Numbered from the stretch's first letter, positions 28,116-37,794 are shown. The stretch: 63,004 nucleotides of DNA from Chloroflexota bacterium (GCA_016865935.1 VGOB01000002.1:1-63004); one strand, 5' to 3'. Numbers and translations: made by a program. Notes: a model not told the origin generated them from the sequence alone.

Positions 28116-28886
28116 TCAATGCGGCTCTTGAATTTTGAATTTTGAATTTTGAATTACGAATTTGCTCGCGCGGCGAATGTGCTTGGCGGGCAACTTGACC
28201 AGACTCTGCCACAGTTGCGCGGGTCCGATGCGCGCGAGATATTTCATTTCTTCGGTTGTCCAGTAATGCCCATCAATCGTCGTCGTTTTTTGTTTGAGCG
28301 CGCGCAAGAGATCGTCGGCGGACGCGCCGGGAAAAATCGTCATCGCGCTGCCAATCGTCGGCAGGACGTGCGAATCGCTCCCGGCTGTTTCGGCAAGGTG
28401 CAACACGCGCGCGTTCAACGCGTGCGCCTGACGCGCGACGACGCGCCCGGCGAGCGAGGGATTCAGCGTTTCGAATCCGTCAAAGTAAATGAGATCGTCC
28501 GGCGTTTTGTGGATTCGCATCAAGCCGTTGCGTCCAATCGAGCGGATCATCCAACTCATCGGATGCGGCGCGATGACGACGCCGCCTTGCTCGTGCACTT
28601 GCGCGATCGTTTTGTCGAGACCTTGTAACGAGCGCACCGGCTTGTCAATGCCCAGCACGAGCAAGTGACCTTCAATCGTCGTCACTTCCATTCCGGTCAG
28701 AACCTGGAACCGATAGTTGCGGCGCGCGGCAAGATTGCGCGCTTCGTCCGCGCCGTCGAACATATCGTGGTCGGTGATCGCGATCAGGTCGAGTGCGGTT
28801 TCGTTTTCGACGAAATCGAACACTTGCTGAACGGAAGCCATTCCGTCGCTGTGTGTCGTGTGAATGTGAATATCGGCTTTACCCAT
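28116..28886 (-). CDS. PHP-family metal-dependent phosphoesterase
   Basis: DIHIHTTHSDG, ITDHD, GMEVTT.EGHLL, APHP, GSDSH. Confidence 0.88.
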   Translation of the reverse strand: MGKADIHIHTTHSDGMASVQQVFDFVENETALDLIAITDHDMFDGADEARNLAARRNYRFQVLTGMEVTTIEGHLLVLGIDKPVRSLQGLDKTIAQVHEQGGVVIAPHPMSWMIRSIGRNGLMRIHKTPDDLIYFDGFETLNPSLAGRVVARQAHALNARVLHLAETAGSDSHVLPTIGSAMTIFPGASADDLLRALKQKTTTIDGHYWTTEEMKYLARIGPAQLWQSLVKLPAKHIRRASKFVIQNSKFKIQEPH

Positions 28887-28892
28887 TTTTCC

Positions 28893-29017
28893 AATTACGA
28901 AATGCAAATTGCGAATTGTGAATTACGAACGGTCTTGTGAAAAGCGCAATTCCTAATTCGCAATTCGCAATTCGCAATTCCTAATTCGCAATTCGCGATT
29001 TCTAATTCGCAATTCGC
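28893..29017. repeat. Inverted heptamer array (GCGAATT / AATTCGC)
   Basis: Several aattcgc/aattcct units preceded by aattgcgaattgtgaattacga. Confidence 0.85.
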
Positions 29018-29883
29018 TATTCGTGATTCCAGATCGGTTGAAGCATCAACCACTGATCCGGGTAGCGGCGAATGTACGTTTCGATGACGCCGGTCAGTTG
29101 CTGAACCCCGGTGCGGATGTCGCGTGGCAGGTCGCCGGTGTTCGCAAAGATCAACGGCGGCTCGATGAACACTTCGCTGCGATTATCCGGGCGCCGCACG
29201 GCAAACGCGACGATCACCGGCGCATCGTATTTGAGCGCGAGTTGCACCGCGCCGTCCGGCATTTGCGCGGGCGCGCCGAAAAAGTTGACGACGGGCCCGG
29301 TCTTGGTGATGTCGCGATCGTACGCCAGCCCGGCGATCTGTCCGGCGCGCAACGCTTTGATCAGCGCGCGCGGCGCTACGTCCAGCGGCACCATTTCGAT
29401 CCCCTGGCTGGCGCGCAAACCCAGGATGTACTGGAACAGTTTTTCCGGCTTGATCCGCTCGTTCGGCACGACGACGCGCGCTTTGAGATGGATCGCGGCA
29501 AGGTGGATGAACAAATCCCACGCGCCAAAGTGCGCCGATCCGGCGATCAGTCCCTTGCCTTGCTTCATCGCGTTTTCGAGATAGTCCAGCCCATGCACAT
29601 CGGCAAGTTGCGCGTCGAGCTTTTCTTTCGTCAAGGCGTGTCCGCGAAAGAGATCGAAATAATTTTTCCAGAGATTTTGAAACGCGCGCCGCGCGATCGC
29701 GTTCAACTCGGTCTGTGTCGCCGCATCGCCGACGACGCGGCGGAGGTTGTAAAAGTACGTGGTTTGCCGCGCGGCGGTGAACAACCAAAACAGATCGCCC
29801 AAGCGCGCAAACAGCCAATACCCAAAGCGCGTGGGCAGGCGCGGACAAAACCAACCGGCGAAGCGGAAAAAATAATAGGTCAT
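29017..29883 (-). CDS. Lip_A_acyltrans family acyltransferase, PatA-like
   Basis: GKGLIAGSAHFGAWD, YDRDI...VNFFG...MPDGAV.LAL, IRRYPDQW. Confidence 0.85.
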   Translation of the reverse strand: MTYYFFRFAGWFCPRLPTRFGYWLFARLGDLFWLFTAARQTTYFYNLRRVVGDAATQTELNAIARRAFQNLWKNYFDLFRGHALTKEKLDAQLADVHGLDYLENAMKQGKGLIAGSAHFGAWDLFIHLAAIHLKARVVVPNERIKPEKLFQYILGLRASQGIEMVPLDVAPRALIKALRAGQIAGLAYDRDITKTGPVVNFFGAPAQMPDGAVQLALKYDAPVIVAFAVRRPDNRSEVFIEPPLIFANTGDLPRDIRTGVQQLTGVIETYIRRYPDQWLMLQPIWNHE

Positions 29884-29974
29884 TTGACAAATACCCAAAT
29901 CTGCCAAACTTGCCAAACGCGCCAAAATCGGATTTGGCGTCTTTGGCTCATTTGGCTATTTTGGCAAGTTTGGC

Positions 29975-30904
29975 TCATTTGATCAGCGGCGTTTTGCTGA
30001 GACTGGGAATTTTGCGCCGCGCGCTCGCGCTGTCTTTCCACATCGGGCGAAAGATGTACCACTGCTCGGGATGCGCGCGGATGAACGCTTCCATTCGCCG
30101 CGCGATTTCCTGCATCGTCATCTGCAAATCGCGATGCCGACTGCCGGAACGTTCGATAACGATCGGCGGCGTGACATCCACGACGATGTGTCCATCGAGT
30201 TGAACGTGCGCGTGCCCGACGACGATCGGCGCGCCGGTGAGCAGCGCGAGTTGCGCGGGGCCGGCGGGAAAATCCGTTTCGGTGGCGAAGAAATTCACCG
30301 GCACCGTCGTAATATCGAAATGATGTGTCACGCCGAAATCGAGCAGGAAGGTGGTCATCTCGTTACGCTTGAGCGCTTCGATGATTTTGCGCGGCGCGCT
30401 TTCGTACGGATAGAGGAAAACTTTTTTATCGCGGCGGATGCGCGTCAGGAGATCCATCAATTGCGGCGGGCGCAGCGTTTCGCCGACGAGTGTAAAGGGC
30501 GCGTAGCGATGCGCGAGCAACGCGCTGGGCAAATCCATATTGCCAAAATGCGCGCTGACGACGATCGCGCCTTTGCCGCGCGCTAACGCTTGCTCGAAAT
30601 ACTCGCCGTGCTGAATCGTGATCCGCGCTTCGAGATCGCGCAAGGACATCGAGGGATAGAGCATCACATCGCGCAAGAGGCGCGCGAAATTTTGAAACGC
30701 GCGTTGCGTGACGCGTCCCACCGCCGGATCGTTTGGCGATTTGCCGAGTACGTGCGCGAAATTTTCGCGCGCGACGCGGCGGCGGAGCGGCATCAGATAA
30801 TACGCGCCCGTGCCCATCCATTCGGCGGCGGCGAGACTGAGGCGGGGCGGGGCAAAGCCAACGCAGAACATACCGATCCGCCAAATCCAGTACAGCGCGA
30901 TCAC
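29975..30904 (-). CDS. Lip_A_acyltrans family acyltransferase, PatA-like (second paralog)
   Basis: GKGAIVVSAHFGNMD, VNFFA...FPAGPAQLAL, IRAHPEQWYIFRPMW. Confidence 0.85.
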   Translation of the reverse strand: MIALYWIWRIGMFCVGFAPPRLSLAAAEWMGTGAYYLMPLRRRVARENFAHVLGKSPNDPAVGRVTQRAFQNFARLLRDVMLYPSMSLRDLEARITIQHGEYFEQALARGKGAIVVSAHFGNMDLPSALLAHRYAPFTLVGETLRPPQLMDLLTRIRRDKKVFLYPYESAPRKIIEALKRNEMTTFLLDFGVTHHFDITTVPVNFFATETDFPAGPAQLALLTGAPIVVGHAHVQLDGHIVVDVTPPIVIERSGSRHRDLQMTMQEIARRMEAFIRAHPEQWYIFRPMWKDSASARRKIPSLSKTPLIK

Positions 30905-30929
30905 GTGCGAATAAACTCCTTGTCAGGGC

Positions 30930-31211
30930 TCAGCCCGCGATGAGCGATTGAAATTGCCGTTCGTAATCGTGCAGGCGCGCGTGATCGAGCGAGCAATGCA
31001 CTTCGCGTCCGGCGCGATGCATTCGGATCAACCCGGTTTGTTTCAAGCGATGGAGATGCCAGGAAACGAGCGGCTGGCTCATCCGCAAACTGCGCGCGAT
31101 TTCGTTGACGGTGAGTTCGCGTCGCGCCAACTGCTCCAGAATTCGCAAGCGCGTCGCGTCGCTCAAGGTGCGATAATACCCGCGCAGTTCCTTCAGTCCT
31201 CGAATGTCCAT
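30930..31211 (-). CDS. ArsR/SmtB family transcriptional regulator
   Basis: LSDATRLRILEQL...LTVNEIA..L.MSQPLVSWHL..LKQTGLI. Confidence 0.9.
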   Translation of the reverse strand: MDIRGLKELRGYYRTLSDATRLRILEQLARRELTVNEIARSLRMSQPLVSWHLHRLKQTGLIRMHRAGREVHCSLDHARLHDYERQFQSLIAG

Positions 31212-31365
31212 AAGTGTCAACGAATCTCAAACGCACAGTGGCGCTATGCGTTCCAACCCGCAATGGGAGCATATATAAATGCCGGCTTATATATTAGCGG
31301 AAATCATTTTCTTGTCAAGCCGCACGGAACGCGGTATAATGGGAAAAATGAGGAGGAGGGCTTGA

Positions 31366-32061
31366 GTGCAGATTCCCTCGTCATCGCGCTGGGATGTGAC
31401 TCCGGTGGAGGCGATGCAGATTCAGCGCGAGTTAGCCGCGCGCGTGAGCGCGCAGGACGCGCTAGGCGAGGTGCGCTTGGTCGCCGGAGTGGATGTGGGC
31501 TTGGAAGGCGCGCAGAATCAGATCGCGCGCGCGGCAGTCGTCGTCCTGACCTTCCCCGAACTTGCCCCGGTGGATTACGCGATCGCACGTTTGCCGGTGA
31601 CGTTTCCGTACATTCCTGGCTTGCTCGCGTTCCGCGAACTCCCCGCCGTTTTGAATGCGCTGGAAAAACTCAAGATCAATCCCGATGTTCTCATTGTGGA
31701 TGGGCAAGGGCGCGCGCATCCGCGGCGGCTGGGGATTGCAAGTCACTTGGGCGTCTGGCTCGATTGTGCGACGATCGGTTGCGCCAAGTCACTTCTCTGT
31801 GGGCGCGCGAAAGAACCCGCCAATCGCGCCGGCGCGTGGGCGCCCCTCATCGAGCGCGCCGAAACGATTGGCGCGGCGGTGCGAACGCGCGCGGGCGTGA
31901 CGCCGGTGTACGTCAGTGTGGGGCATCGCGTTAGTTTGAAACGCGCGATTGAGATCGTGTTGCGATGTTGCAAGGGCTATCGTCTGCCGGAGACCACGCG
32001 CTGCGCGCATCGCGTTGCGGGAGGTAGGACAATTTTACAAAATTGTCCAACAAAACTATGA
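31366..32061 (+). CDS. nfi: Endonuclease V
   Basis: VAGVDVG, FPYIPGLLAFRE, VDGQGRAHPRRLGIASHLG, IGCAKS, YRLPETTR.AH. Confidence 0.96.
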   Translation: MQIPSSSRWDVTPVEAMQIQRELAARVSAQDALGEVRLVAGVDVGLEGAQNQIARAAVVVLTFPELAPVDYAIARLPVTFPYIPGLLAFRELPAVLNALEKLKINPDVLIVDGQGRAHPRRLGIASHLGVWLDCATIGCAKSLLCGRAKEPANRAGAWAPLIERAETIGAAVRTRAGVTPVYVSVGHRVSLKRAIEIVLRCCKGYRLPETTRCAHRVAGGRTILQNCPTKL

Positions 32062-32819
32062 TCGGCAACGACAAAAAAATCGTACAAGCGGCGGAACTGA
32101 TCAAACATTCCAAGCACGCCATCGCGTTGACGGGCGCGGGAGTTTCGACGCGTTCCGGCATTCCCGATTTTCGCGGCACCGGCTCCGGCTTGTGGACGCG
32201 CATCGATCCAATGGTCGTCGCTTCGATTTGGGGTTTCATCGAGCATCCACAGGGTTTTTACGATTGGATCAAGCCGTTGTCCAAAACGATGCTGGCGGCA
32301 AAGCCGAATCCGGCGCATTACGCGCTGGCGGAATTGGAAACGCTGGGTCGCTTGCGCGCGCTGATCACGCAAAACATTGACGACTTGCATCAGCGCGCCG
32401 GCAGTCAACGCGTGCTCGAAGTCCACGGGCATATGCGTCAGGCGACGTGCATCCGTTGTTATTATCTCGCCGATGCCAAGCCGTTCATCGAAAAATTTAT
32501 CGCGGACGACGCGATTCCCACTTGCCCGCGGTGCGGCGGCGCGATGAAACCGAACGTCACGTTGTTTGGCGAAGCGCCGCCGGTGCGCGTGTTGTACGAG
32601 GCGCAGCAAGAATCGGAAAAATGCGACGTGATGATCGTCGCGGGCTCGTCGTTGGAAGTGATGCCGGTCGCGGATCTGCCGGTCGTCGCGCGACGACACG
32701 GCGCGCAGATCGTCATTATCAACAATTCCGCGACGCCGATGGACAAGCAAGCCGCCGTTGTTCTGCGCGAGGATGTCGTCATCGCGTTGCCGAAGATTGT
32801 GGAGCGAGTGAAACAGTGA
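32058..32819 (+). CDS. cobB: NAD-dependent protein deacylase (sirtuin)
   Basis: TGAGVSTRSGIPDFRG, TQNIDDLHQRAG, HG, CxxC/CxxC, GSSLEVMP; ATGA overlap with nfi. Confidence 0.94.
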   Translation: MIGNDKKIVQAAELIKHSKHAIALTGAGVSTRSGIPDFRGTGSGLWTRIDPMVVASIWGFIEHPQGFYDWIKPLSKTMLAAKPNPAHYALAELETLGRLRALITQNIDDLHQRAGSQRVLEVHGHMRQATCIRCYYLADAKPFIEKFIADDAIPTCPRCGGAMKPNVTLFGEAPPVRVLYEAQQESEKCDVMIVAGSSLEVMPVADLPVVARRHGAQIVIINNSATPMDKQAAVVLREDVVIALPKIVERVKQ

Positions 32820-32882
32820 TGGGACGCGGTTGTTGGCAATCCAACGTATTTCAGATATAATCAAGGTATAGGAGAGACCAGA

Positions 32883-33149
32883 ATGAAACGCAAGACGCAG
32901 GCGAAATTTCTAGGACGGTATATCGTGGCTGACCCCGAAATCTGTCATGGTCAACTCACTTTTCGCGGCACACGCATTTTCGTTTCGGATGTGCTAGAGA
33001 TGGTTGCGGATGGAATGGCTTGGGAGACAATAATTGAGCGATGCCATAACCGCATCACCAAAGACGCAATCGCGGAAGCGGTCAAACTCTCCAGCGAAGC
33101 GCTCTACAAGCACGCGGGTGAGTTTGTCCTAGAGCCAATCCCCGCATGA
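32883..33149 (+). CDS. DUF433 antitoxin
   Basis: IVADPEICHGQLTFRGTRIFV. Confidence 0.88.
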   Translation: MKRKTQAKFLGRYIVADPEICHGQLTFRGTRIFVSDVLEMVADGMAWETIIERCHNRITKDAIAEAVKLSSEALYKHAGEFVLEPIPA

Positions 33150-33529
33150 ACATCCTCGACGAAAATATTCTCCAAGACCAGCGCGAACTGTTGCGCGGTT
33201 GGGATACCCCCATTCATCAGATTGGTTTCGATGTTGGTCGGTCAGGGATGAAGGACAGGGAAATCGTTCCTTTCCTGCATCAGCAGCACGAGGTCACTTT
33301 TTTCACGCGCGATGGCGATTTCTATGACCGCGATTTGTGTCACACCCGATACTGTTTGGTTCACCTCGCCATTGACAAGGATGAGGTTGCGGCTTTTGTT
33401 CGGCGTGTTCTCCGCCACCCGACATTTGACACGAAAGCCAAGCGAATGGGCAAAGTCATTCGCGCCTCGCGCGCGGGGCTTTCGCTTTGGCAAAGGAACG
33501 CGCAACGTGAGATACGTGTAGATTGGTAG
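33146..33529 (+). CDS. DUF5615/PIN-like toxin
   Basis: ILDENI...GMKDREI...FFTRDGDFY; ATGA overlap with the DUF433 gene. Confidence 0.8.
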   Translation: MNILDENILQDQRELLRGWDTPIHQIGFDVGRSGMKDREIVPFLHQQHEVTFFTRDGDFYDRDLCHTRYCLVHLAIDKDEVAAFVRRVLRHPTFDTKAKRMGKVIRASRAGLSLWQRNAQREIRVDW

Positions 33530-33561
33530 ATTGGTAGATTGGAACAACCTTTGACTCCATT

Positions 33562-33590
33562 TTGACCAGAGTAAGACTCTTGCATATAAT
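33562..33590 (+). promoter_or_regulatory. sigma70 promoter of the hydrogenase operon
   Basis: TTGACC-17 nt-TATAAT; spacer contains the palindrome AGAGT-AAG-ACTCT. Confidence 0.75.
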
Positions 33591-33798
33591 AATAGATAGA
33601 AGGCGCGACGTTGCGCTTGCTCTGTCGAATCGGAGTGGATTCAGGTGCCGCACGCCTGTCCGATGCTTTTGGCATTGGTGGGGCGTGTTTTGTTCTTCAG
33701 CCCAGAGATCACAAGGCATGATCATTTGGAGTGTTGCGAAGAATCTCCCTGTGTTCCCTGCGTTCTCTGCGGCGACAAATAGGAAGTAGGAGAAGCCG

Positions 33799-34824
33799 AT
33801 GAGTCTAAAGATTATCAACAAATCTGACCTTATGCCGTTCGTCGCGAATATGATGGGCGAGTACGAGGTCATCGGTCCCGTGGCAAACGACATTGGGTTC
33901 AAGTTCGCCACGCTGACCGACGCGTCTCAGGTGCGGCTCAATTACAACACCACCGTGATTCCGCCGCGCAAAACTCTCCTCCCCACGCAAGAGACGCTCT
34001 TCTCGTTTCAAAAGGACATGCTGGCGCCGACGTTCGATATGAAGTGGCGCGTCCTCCTCGGCGTGCACACCTGCGACTTGCACGCGATGTGTATGCTCGA
34101 CGAAGCGTTCGCACGCGGTCAGCCCGACACGCATTATATGAAACGCCGCGCGACGACGACGATCGTCAGCATGGAATGTCTCGACACGTGCGACGAGAAT
34201 TCTTTCTGCAAGAGTATGAACACGCTCACCGCCACGTCGGGTTTCGATTTGCACCTGATTCAACTCGGCGATTTCTACGCGGTGGATGTGGGCACGACGG
34301 CGGGCGAAGCGTTGCTCGCGAACCACGCCAAGTCGCACGAAGCGACGCGCGCGGAAATTGCGTTGCTCGACAAAACGATGTCGCAAAAGTGGTCGAAATT
34401 CCCCGTACGGCTCCACCTCGACGGAAAAGATCTGCCCGCGCTGATGGGCGTTAGTTACAAGAGCCCGCTCTGGGAAGAAGTCGGCAAACGTTGCTTTGGG
34501 TGCGGCTCGTGCAACATCGTTTGTCCCACCTGCTACTGCTTCGACGTGCGCGACGAAGTTTCGATGGATGGCAAGTCCGGCGAACGTTATCGCATCTGGG
34601 ACTCGTGCCAACTCGACGAATTTGCGCGCATCGGCTCCGGCGAAAATTTTCGCAAGACGCACGCGCACCGCTTGCGCCATCGGTTTATGCGCAAAGGCAA
34701 GTACATCGCGGAAGCGTTCCCAGGTCATCAAGGCTGCGTCGGGTGCGGACGTTGCGCGCGCGCATGTCTAGTGGACATTACCCCGGTGGGCGTTTGGAAT
34801 TCCCTGCGCCAGGATCACGCATAG
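33799..34824 (+). CDS. hydB: Group 3b [NiFe]-hydrogenase beta subunit (4Fe-4S, AsrA-like)
   Basis: CFGCGSCNIVCPTCYC, WDSC, CVGCGRCARAC. Confidence 0.88.
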   Translation: MSLKIINKSDLMPFVANMMGEYEVIGPVANDIGFKFATLTDASQVRLNYNTTVIPPRKTLLPTQETLFSFQKDMLAPTFDMKWRVLLGVHTCDLHAMCMLDEAFARGQPDTHYMKRRATTTIVSMECLDTCDENSFCKSMNTLTATSGFDLHLIQLGDFYAVDVGTTAGEALLANHAKSHEATRAEIALLDKTMSQKWSKFPVRLHLDGKDLPALMGVSYKSPLWEEVGKRCFGCGSCNIVCPTCYCFDVRDEVSMDGKSGERYRIWDSCQLDEFARIGSGENFRKTHAHRLRHRFMRKGKYIAEAFPGHQGCVGCGRCARACLVDITPVGVWNSLRQDHA

Positions 34825-34833
34825 GAGGCAAAG

Positions 34834-35670
34834 ATGTCAATACCTGCGATCGAATCTATTTACCTGCCGACCCTGGCGTGGATTTCCAAAGTCGAAACGA
34901 TGACGGCGACGGAAAAGTTTTATACTGTCGAATTGCCGCGCGGTCAATCGCTGGGACACAAGCCGGGTCAATTCGTCCAGATCAGTTTGAATGGCATCGG
35001 CGAAGCGCCCATTTCGATTTCGTCATCGCCGAGCCGCAGTAACGGCAAGTTCGAGATGTGCGTCCGTAAAGTTGGCGATGTGACGACCGCGTTGCACAAC
35101 TTGGGCGAAGGCGCGCAAATCGGCGTGCGCGGTCCGTACGGGCGCGGTTTTCCCGTCGAACAATTCGAAGGGCGCGATATTCTCGTCGCGGCGGGCGGCT
35201 TGTCGCTGGCGCCGGTGCGGAGCGTGATCAATCAGATTTTCGACCATCGCAAAAAGTACGATCGCTTTATCATTCTCTACGGCGCGAAAAATCCGGGCGA
35301 GTTGCTGTTCAAGGAAGAACGCGAGGAATGGAAAAAGCGGAGCGACGTCGAATTTCTCGAAACGGTGGACAAGGGCACGCCCGAGTGGACAGGCAACGTC
35401 GGCGTCATCACGACCTTGTTTCCGAAGATCACCGTCAACCCGCGTAACACGGTCGCGATCACCGAAGGTCCGCCGATTATGTACCGGTTCGTGTTGATGG
35501 AATTGCTCGGCAAGGGCATTCCCGAAGATCAAATCTGGGTCTCGCTCGAACGCCGGATGAAATGCGGCGTCGGCAAGTGCGGTCACTGTCAACTCGATCA
35601 TTTCTACTGCTGTCAGCACGGACCGTCGTTCAACTACGCCGAGATTAAAGGTGTGATGGAGGCGCTCTAA
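34834..35670 (+). CDS. hydG: Group 3b hydrogenase gamma subunit (FAD/NAD(P) binding, 2Fe-2S)
   Basis: PGQFV...GEAPISIS, RGPYGRGF, SLERRMKCGVGKCGHC...CCQHGP. Confidence 0.9.
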   Translation: MSIPAIESIYLPTLAWISKVETMTATEKFYTVELPRGQSLGHKPGQFVQISLNGIGEAPISISSSPSRSNGKFEMCVRKVGDVTTALHNLGEGAQIGVRGPYGRGFPVEQFEGRDILVAAGGLSLAPVRSVINQIFDHRKKYDRFIILYGAKNPGELLFKEEREEWKKRSDVEFLETVDKGTPEWTGNVGVITTLFPKITVNPRNTVAITEGPPIMYRFVLMELLGKGIPEDQIWVSLERRMKCGVGKCGHCQLDHFYCCQHGPSFNYAEIKGVMEAL

Positions 35671-36413
35671 TGAAACCCAAAGTAGCATTTTTCGATTTCA
35701 CGAGTTGCGAAGGTTGCCAACTCACCGTCGTGGATTCACTCCAGACACATCTTGATTTGCTCGACGTGGTGGAGATCGTCCAGTTCCGCGAAGCGATGTC
35801 TGAACGCGGCGAAGATTACGCCATCGCGTTCGTCGAAGGATCGATCACGCGCGAAGCGGACGAGGCGCGCCTCAAGCAGATTCGCGAGCAAGCCGCGCTG
35901 GTCGTCGCGCTCGGCGCGTGCGCGCATCTCGGCGGCGTCAACGCGATCAAAAATCTCGCGCCGCTCGACGACGTGCGCCAGTACGTCTACGGGGACAAGC
36001 ACAAGTGGTACGAAACGTACGCCGCGCGCCCGATCAGTGCGGTCGTCAAAGTGGACGCGTTCATCCCCGGTTGCCCGATTGATCGCGAAGAATTTATTCG
36101 CGTCGTCAAAGCGGTGCTGCTCGGCAAGAAACCGCCGATTCCCGATTATCCGGTGTGCGTGGAATGTAAGTTGAAAGAAAATAATTGTATGTTCCACAAA
36201 GGCGGCTTTTGTTTGGGTCCCGTCACGCGCGCGGGTTGCGGCGCGATTTGCCCAACCTACAGCGATGGCTGCGAAGGTTGTCGCGGCGCGATCCCGAATC
36301 CGAACCAGGACGCGATGAAGGACGTGTTGAAAGAACACGGTCTCACCGTTGACGAAGTAATGGCGCGGATGACGATGTTTAACGCGTTTGACGCTAGTCA
36401 ATTGGGGAAATAG
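35670..36413 (+). CDS. hydD: Group 3b hydrogenase small (delta) subunit
   Basis: FTSCEGCQL, GACAHLGG, IPGCP, VCVECK, CLGPVTRAGCGAICP...CEGCRG. Confidence 0.92.
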   Translation: MKPKVAFFDFTSCEGCQLTVVDSLQTHLDLLDVVEIVQFREAMSERGEDYAIAFVEGSITREADEARLKQIREQAALVVALGACAHLGGVNAIKNLAPLDDVRQYVYGDKHKWYETYAARPISAVVKVDAFIPGCPIDREEFIRVVKAVLLGKKPPIPDYPVCVECKLKENNCMFHKGGFCLGPVTRAGCGAICPTYSDGCEGCRGAIPNPNQDAMKDVLKEHGLTVDEVMARMTMFNAFDASQLGK

Positions 36414-36490
36414 TCAATTAGTGATTGGTGATTGGTGGCTAGTCACTAATTGACCAATTACTAATTGACTAATCACAAGTTGACTAATCA
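36395..36490. repeat. Inverted octamer array (TAGTCAAT / ATTGACTA)
   Basis: tagtcaattg...tagtcaatta...taattgacc...taattgactaatc. Confidence 0.7.
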
Positions 36491-36501
36491 CGAGGATAAC
36501 T

Positions 36502-37794
36502 ATGGCACAAAATATGAAAATAGACGTTCACCACGTCACGCGCGTCGAAGGGCACGGCAACATCACGGTCAACGCGAAGAATGGCGTGCTGGAAGAATGT
36601 CGGCTCGACATCGTGGAAACGCCGCGCTTTTTTGAAGCGATGTTGCGTGGACGCCCGTACACCGACGCGAGCCACATCACGTCGCGCATCTGCGGCATCT
36701 GCGCGGTCGGTCACGCGACCGCGTCACTGCGCGCATCCGAAACCGCGCTCGGCGTCGAATTGTCCGAGCAAGCGTGGTTGCTGCGTAAATTGATTTTTCA
36801 CGGCGAGATCCTTGACAGCCACGTCTTGCACACGTATATGCTCGTCGCGCCCGACTTTTTCAAAGTGGGCAGCGTGATTCCGCTCGCAGGCATCGCGCCC
36901 GACGCGGTTTTGCGCGCGCTGCGAATGAAAAAACTCGCGGGCGATTTGTGCGCGATGGTCGGCGGGCGGCACACGCATCCGATCGCGATGAGCGTCGGCG
37001 GGTTCACGCATCTGCCGACCGTTGACGAACTCAAGGCGATGCGCGCGCGCTTGATCGACGCGCGCAAGGATATGGACGAGACGGTCGCGCTCTTCAAGAC
37101 CTTGCCGTGGCCCCAATTCACGCGCGAGACGGAATACGTCGCGCTGAGCAAGCCCGACGAGTACGCGTTCATTGACGGCACGATTACGACGACCGACGGC
37201 GGCAGGTATCACTTGAACGATTACCGCAAAGTGACAAACGAAAAATGCGTCGAACATTCGTCGTCCAAGCACACCGCACACAAACGCGAATCGTATATGG
37301 TCGGCGCGCTCGCGCGGTTCAACGTCAACTCCAAGCAGTTGCATCCCAAAGCGCAAGAAGCTGCGGACGCGCTGGGGCTGAAAGCGGTTTGCACGAATCC
37401 GTACCTGAACAGCGCGGCGCAAGTCGTCGAAATGGTGCACAGCATTGAAGAGTCCGTCAAGATTTGCGACGAACTGATCGCGCGCGGGATCAAGAAAGAA
37501 GACGCGTACAAATTTGCGGGCAAGGGCGGCACGGGCGTCGGCGCGTGCGAAGTGCCGCGCGGGCTCTTGTTCCACAACTATGAAATCGGCGACGATGGCA
37601 AGATCGTCAACGCGAACTGCATCATTCCGACGGGGCAAAATCTCGCGAACATCGAAGCGGATATGCGCGCGCTCGTCCCACAAATTCTCGATCAAGGCCA
37701 GGAAAAAGTGACGTTCGCGCTGGAAATGCTCGTGCGCGCGTACGATCCCTGCATTTCGTGCTCGGTGCATTTTCTGGATGTCAAGTTTGTATAG
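36502..37794 (+). CDS. hydA: Group 3b [NiFe]-hydrogenase large (alpha) subunit
   Basis: TRVEGHG; L1 RICGICAVGH; EVPRG; L2 RAYDPCISCSVH followed by a cleavable FLDVKFV tail. Confidence 0.95.
   Translation: MAQNMKIDVHHVTRVEGHGNITVNAKNGVLEECRLDIVETPRFFEAMLRGRPYTDASHITSRICGICAVGHATASLRASETALGVELSEQAWLLRKLIFHGEILDSHVLHTYMLVAPDFFKVGSVIPLAGIAPDAVLRALRMKKLAGDLCAMVGGRHTHPIAMSVGGFTHLPTVDELKAMRARLIDARKDMDETVALFKTLPWPQFTRETEYVALSKPDEYAFIDGTITTTDGGRYHLNDYRKVTNEKCVEHSSSKHTAHKRESYMVGALARFNVNSKQLHPKAQEAADALGLKAVCTNPYLNSAAQVVEMVHSIEESVKICDELIARGIKKEDAYKFAGKGGTGVGACEVPRGLLFHNYEIGDDGKIVNANCIIPTGQNLANIEADMRALVPQILDQGQEKVTFALEMLVRAYDPCISCSVHFLDVKFV

Noticed and set aside
29017-30904. Lipid A late acyltransferases implying LPS
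   Set aside because: Same Pfam family as PatA, and the pimA/pgsA context with no lpx or kdo genes favours a PIM-type role.
32058-32819. Sir2 as an anti-phage defence effector
   Set aside because: Canonical Zn-binding CobB-type sirtuin coupled to nfi; no defence partner domains.
35440-35490. TEGPP in place of the common CGPP in the hydrogenase gamma subunit
   Set aside because: This position varies among homologs and all Fe-S cysteines are intact; not evidence of inactivation.
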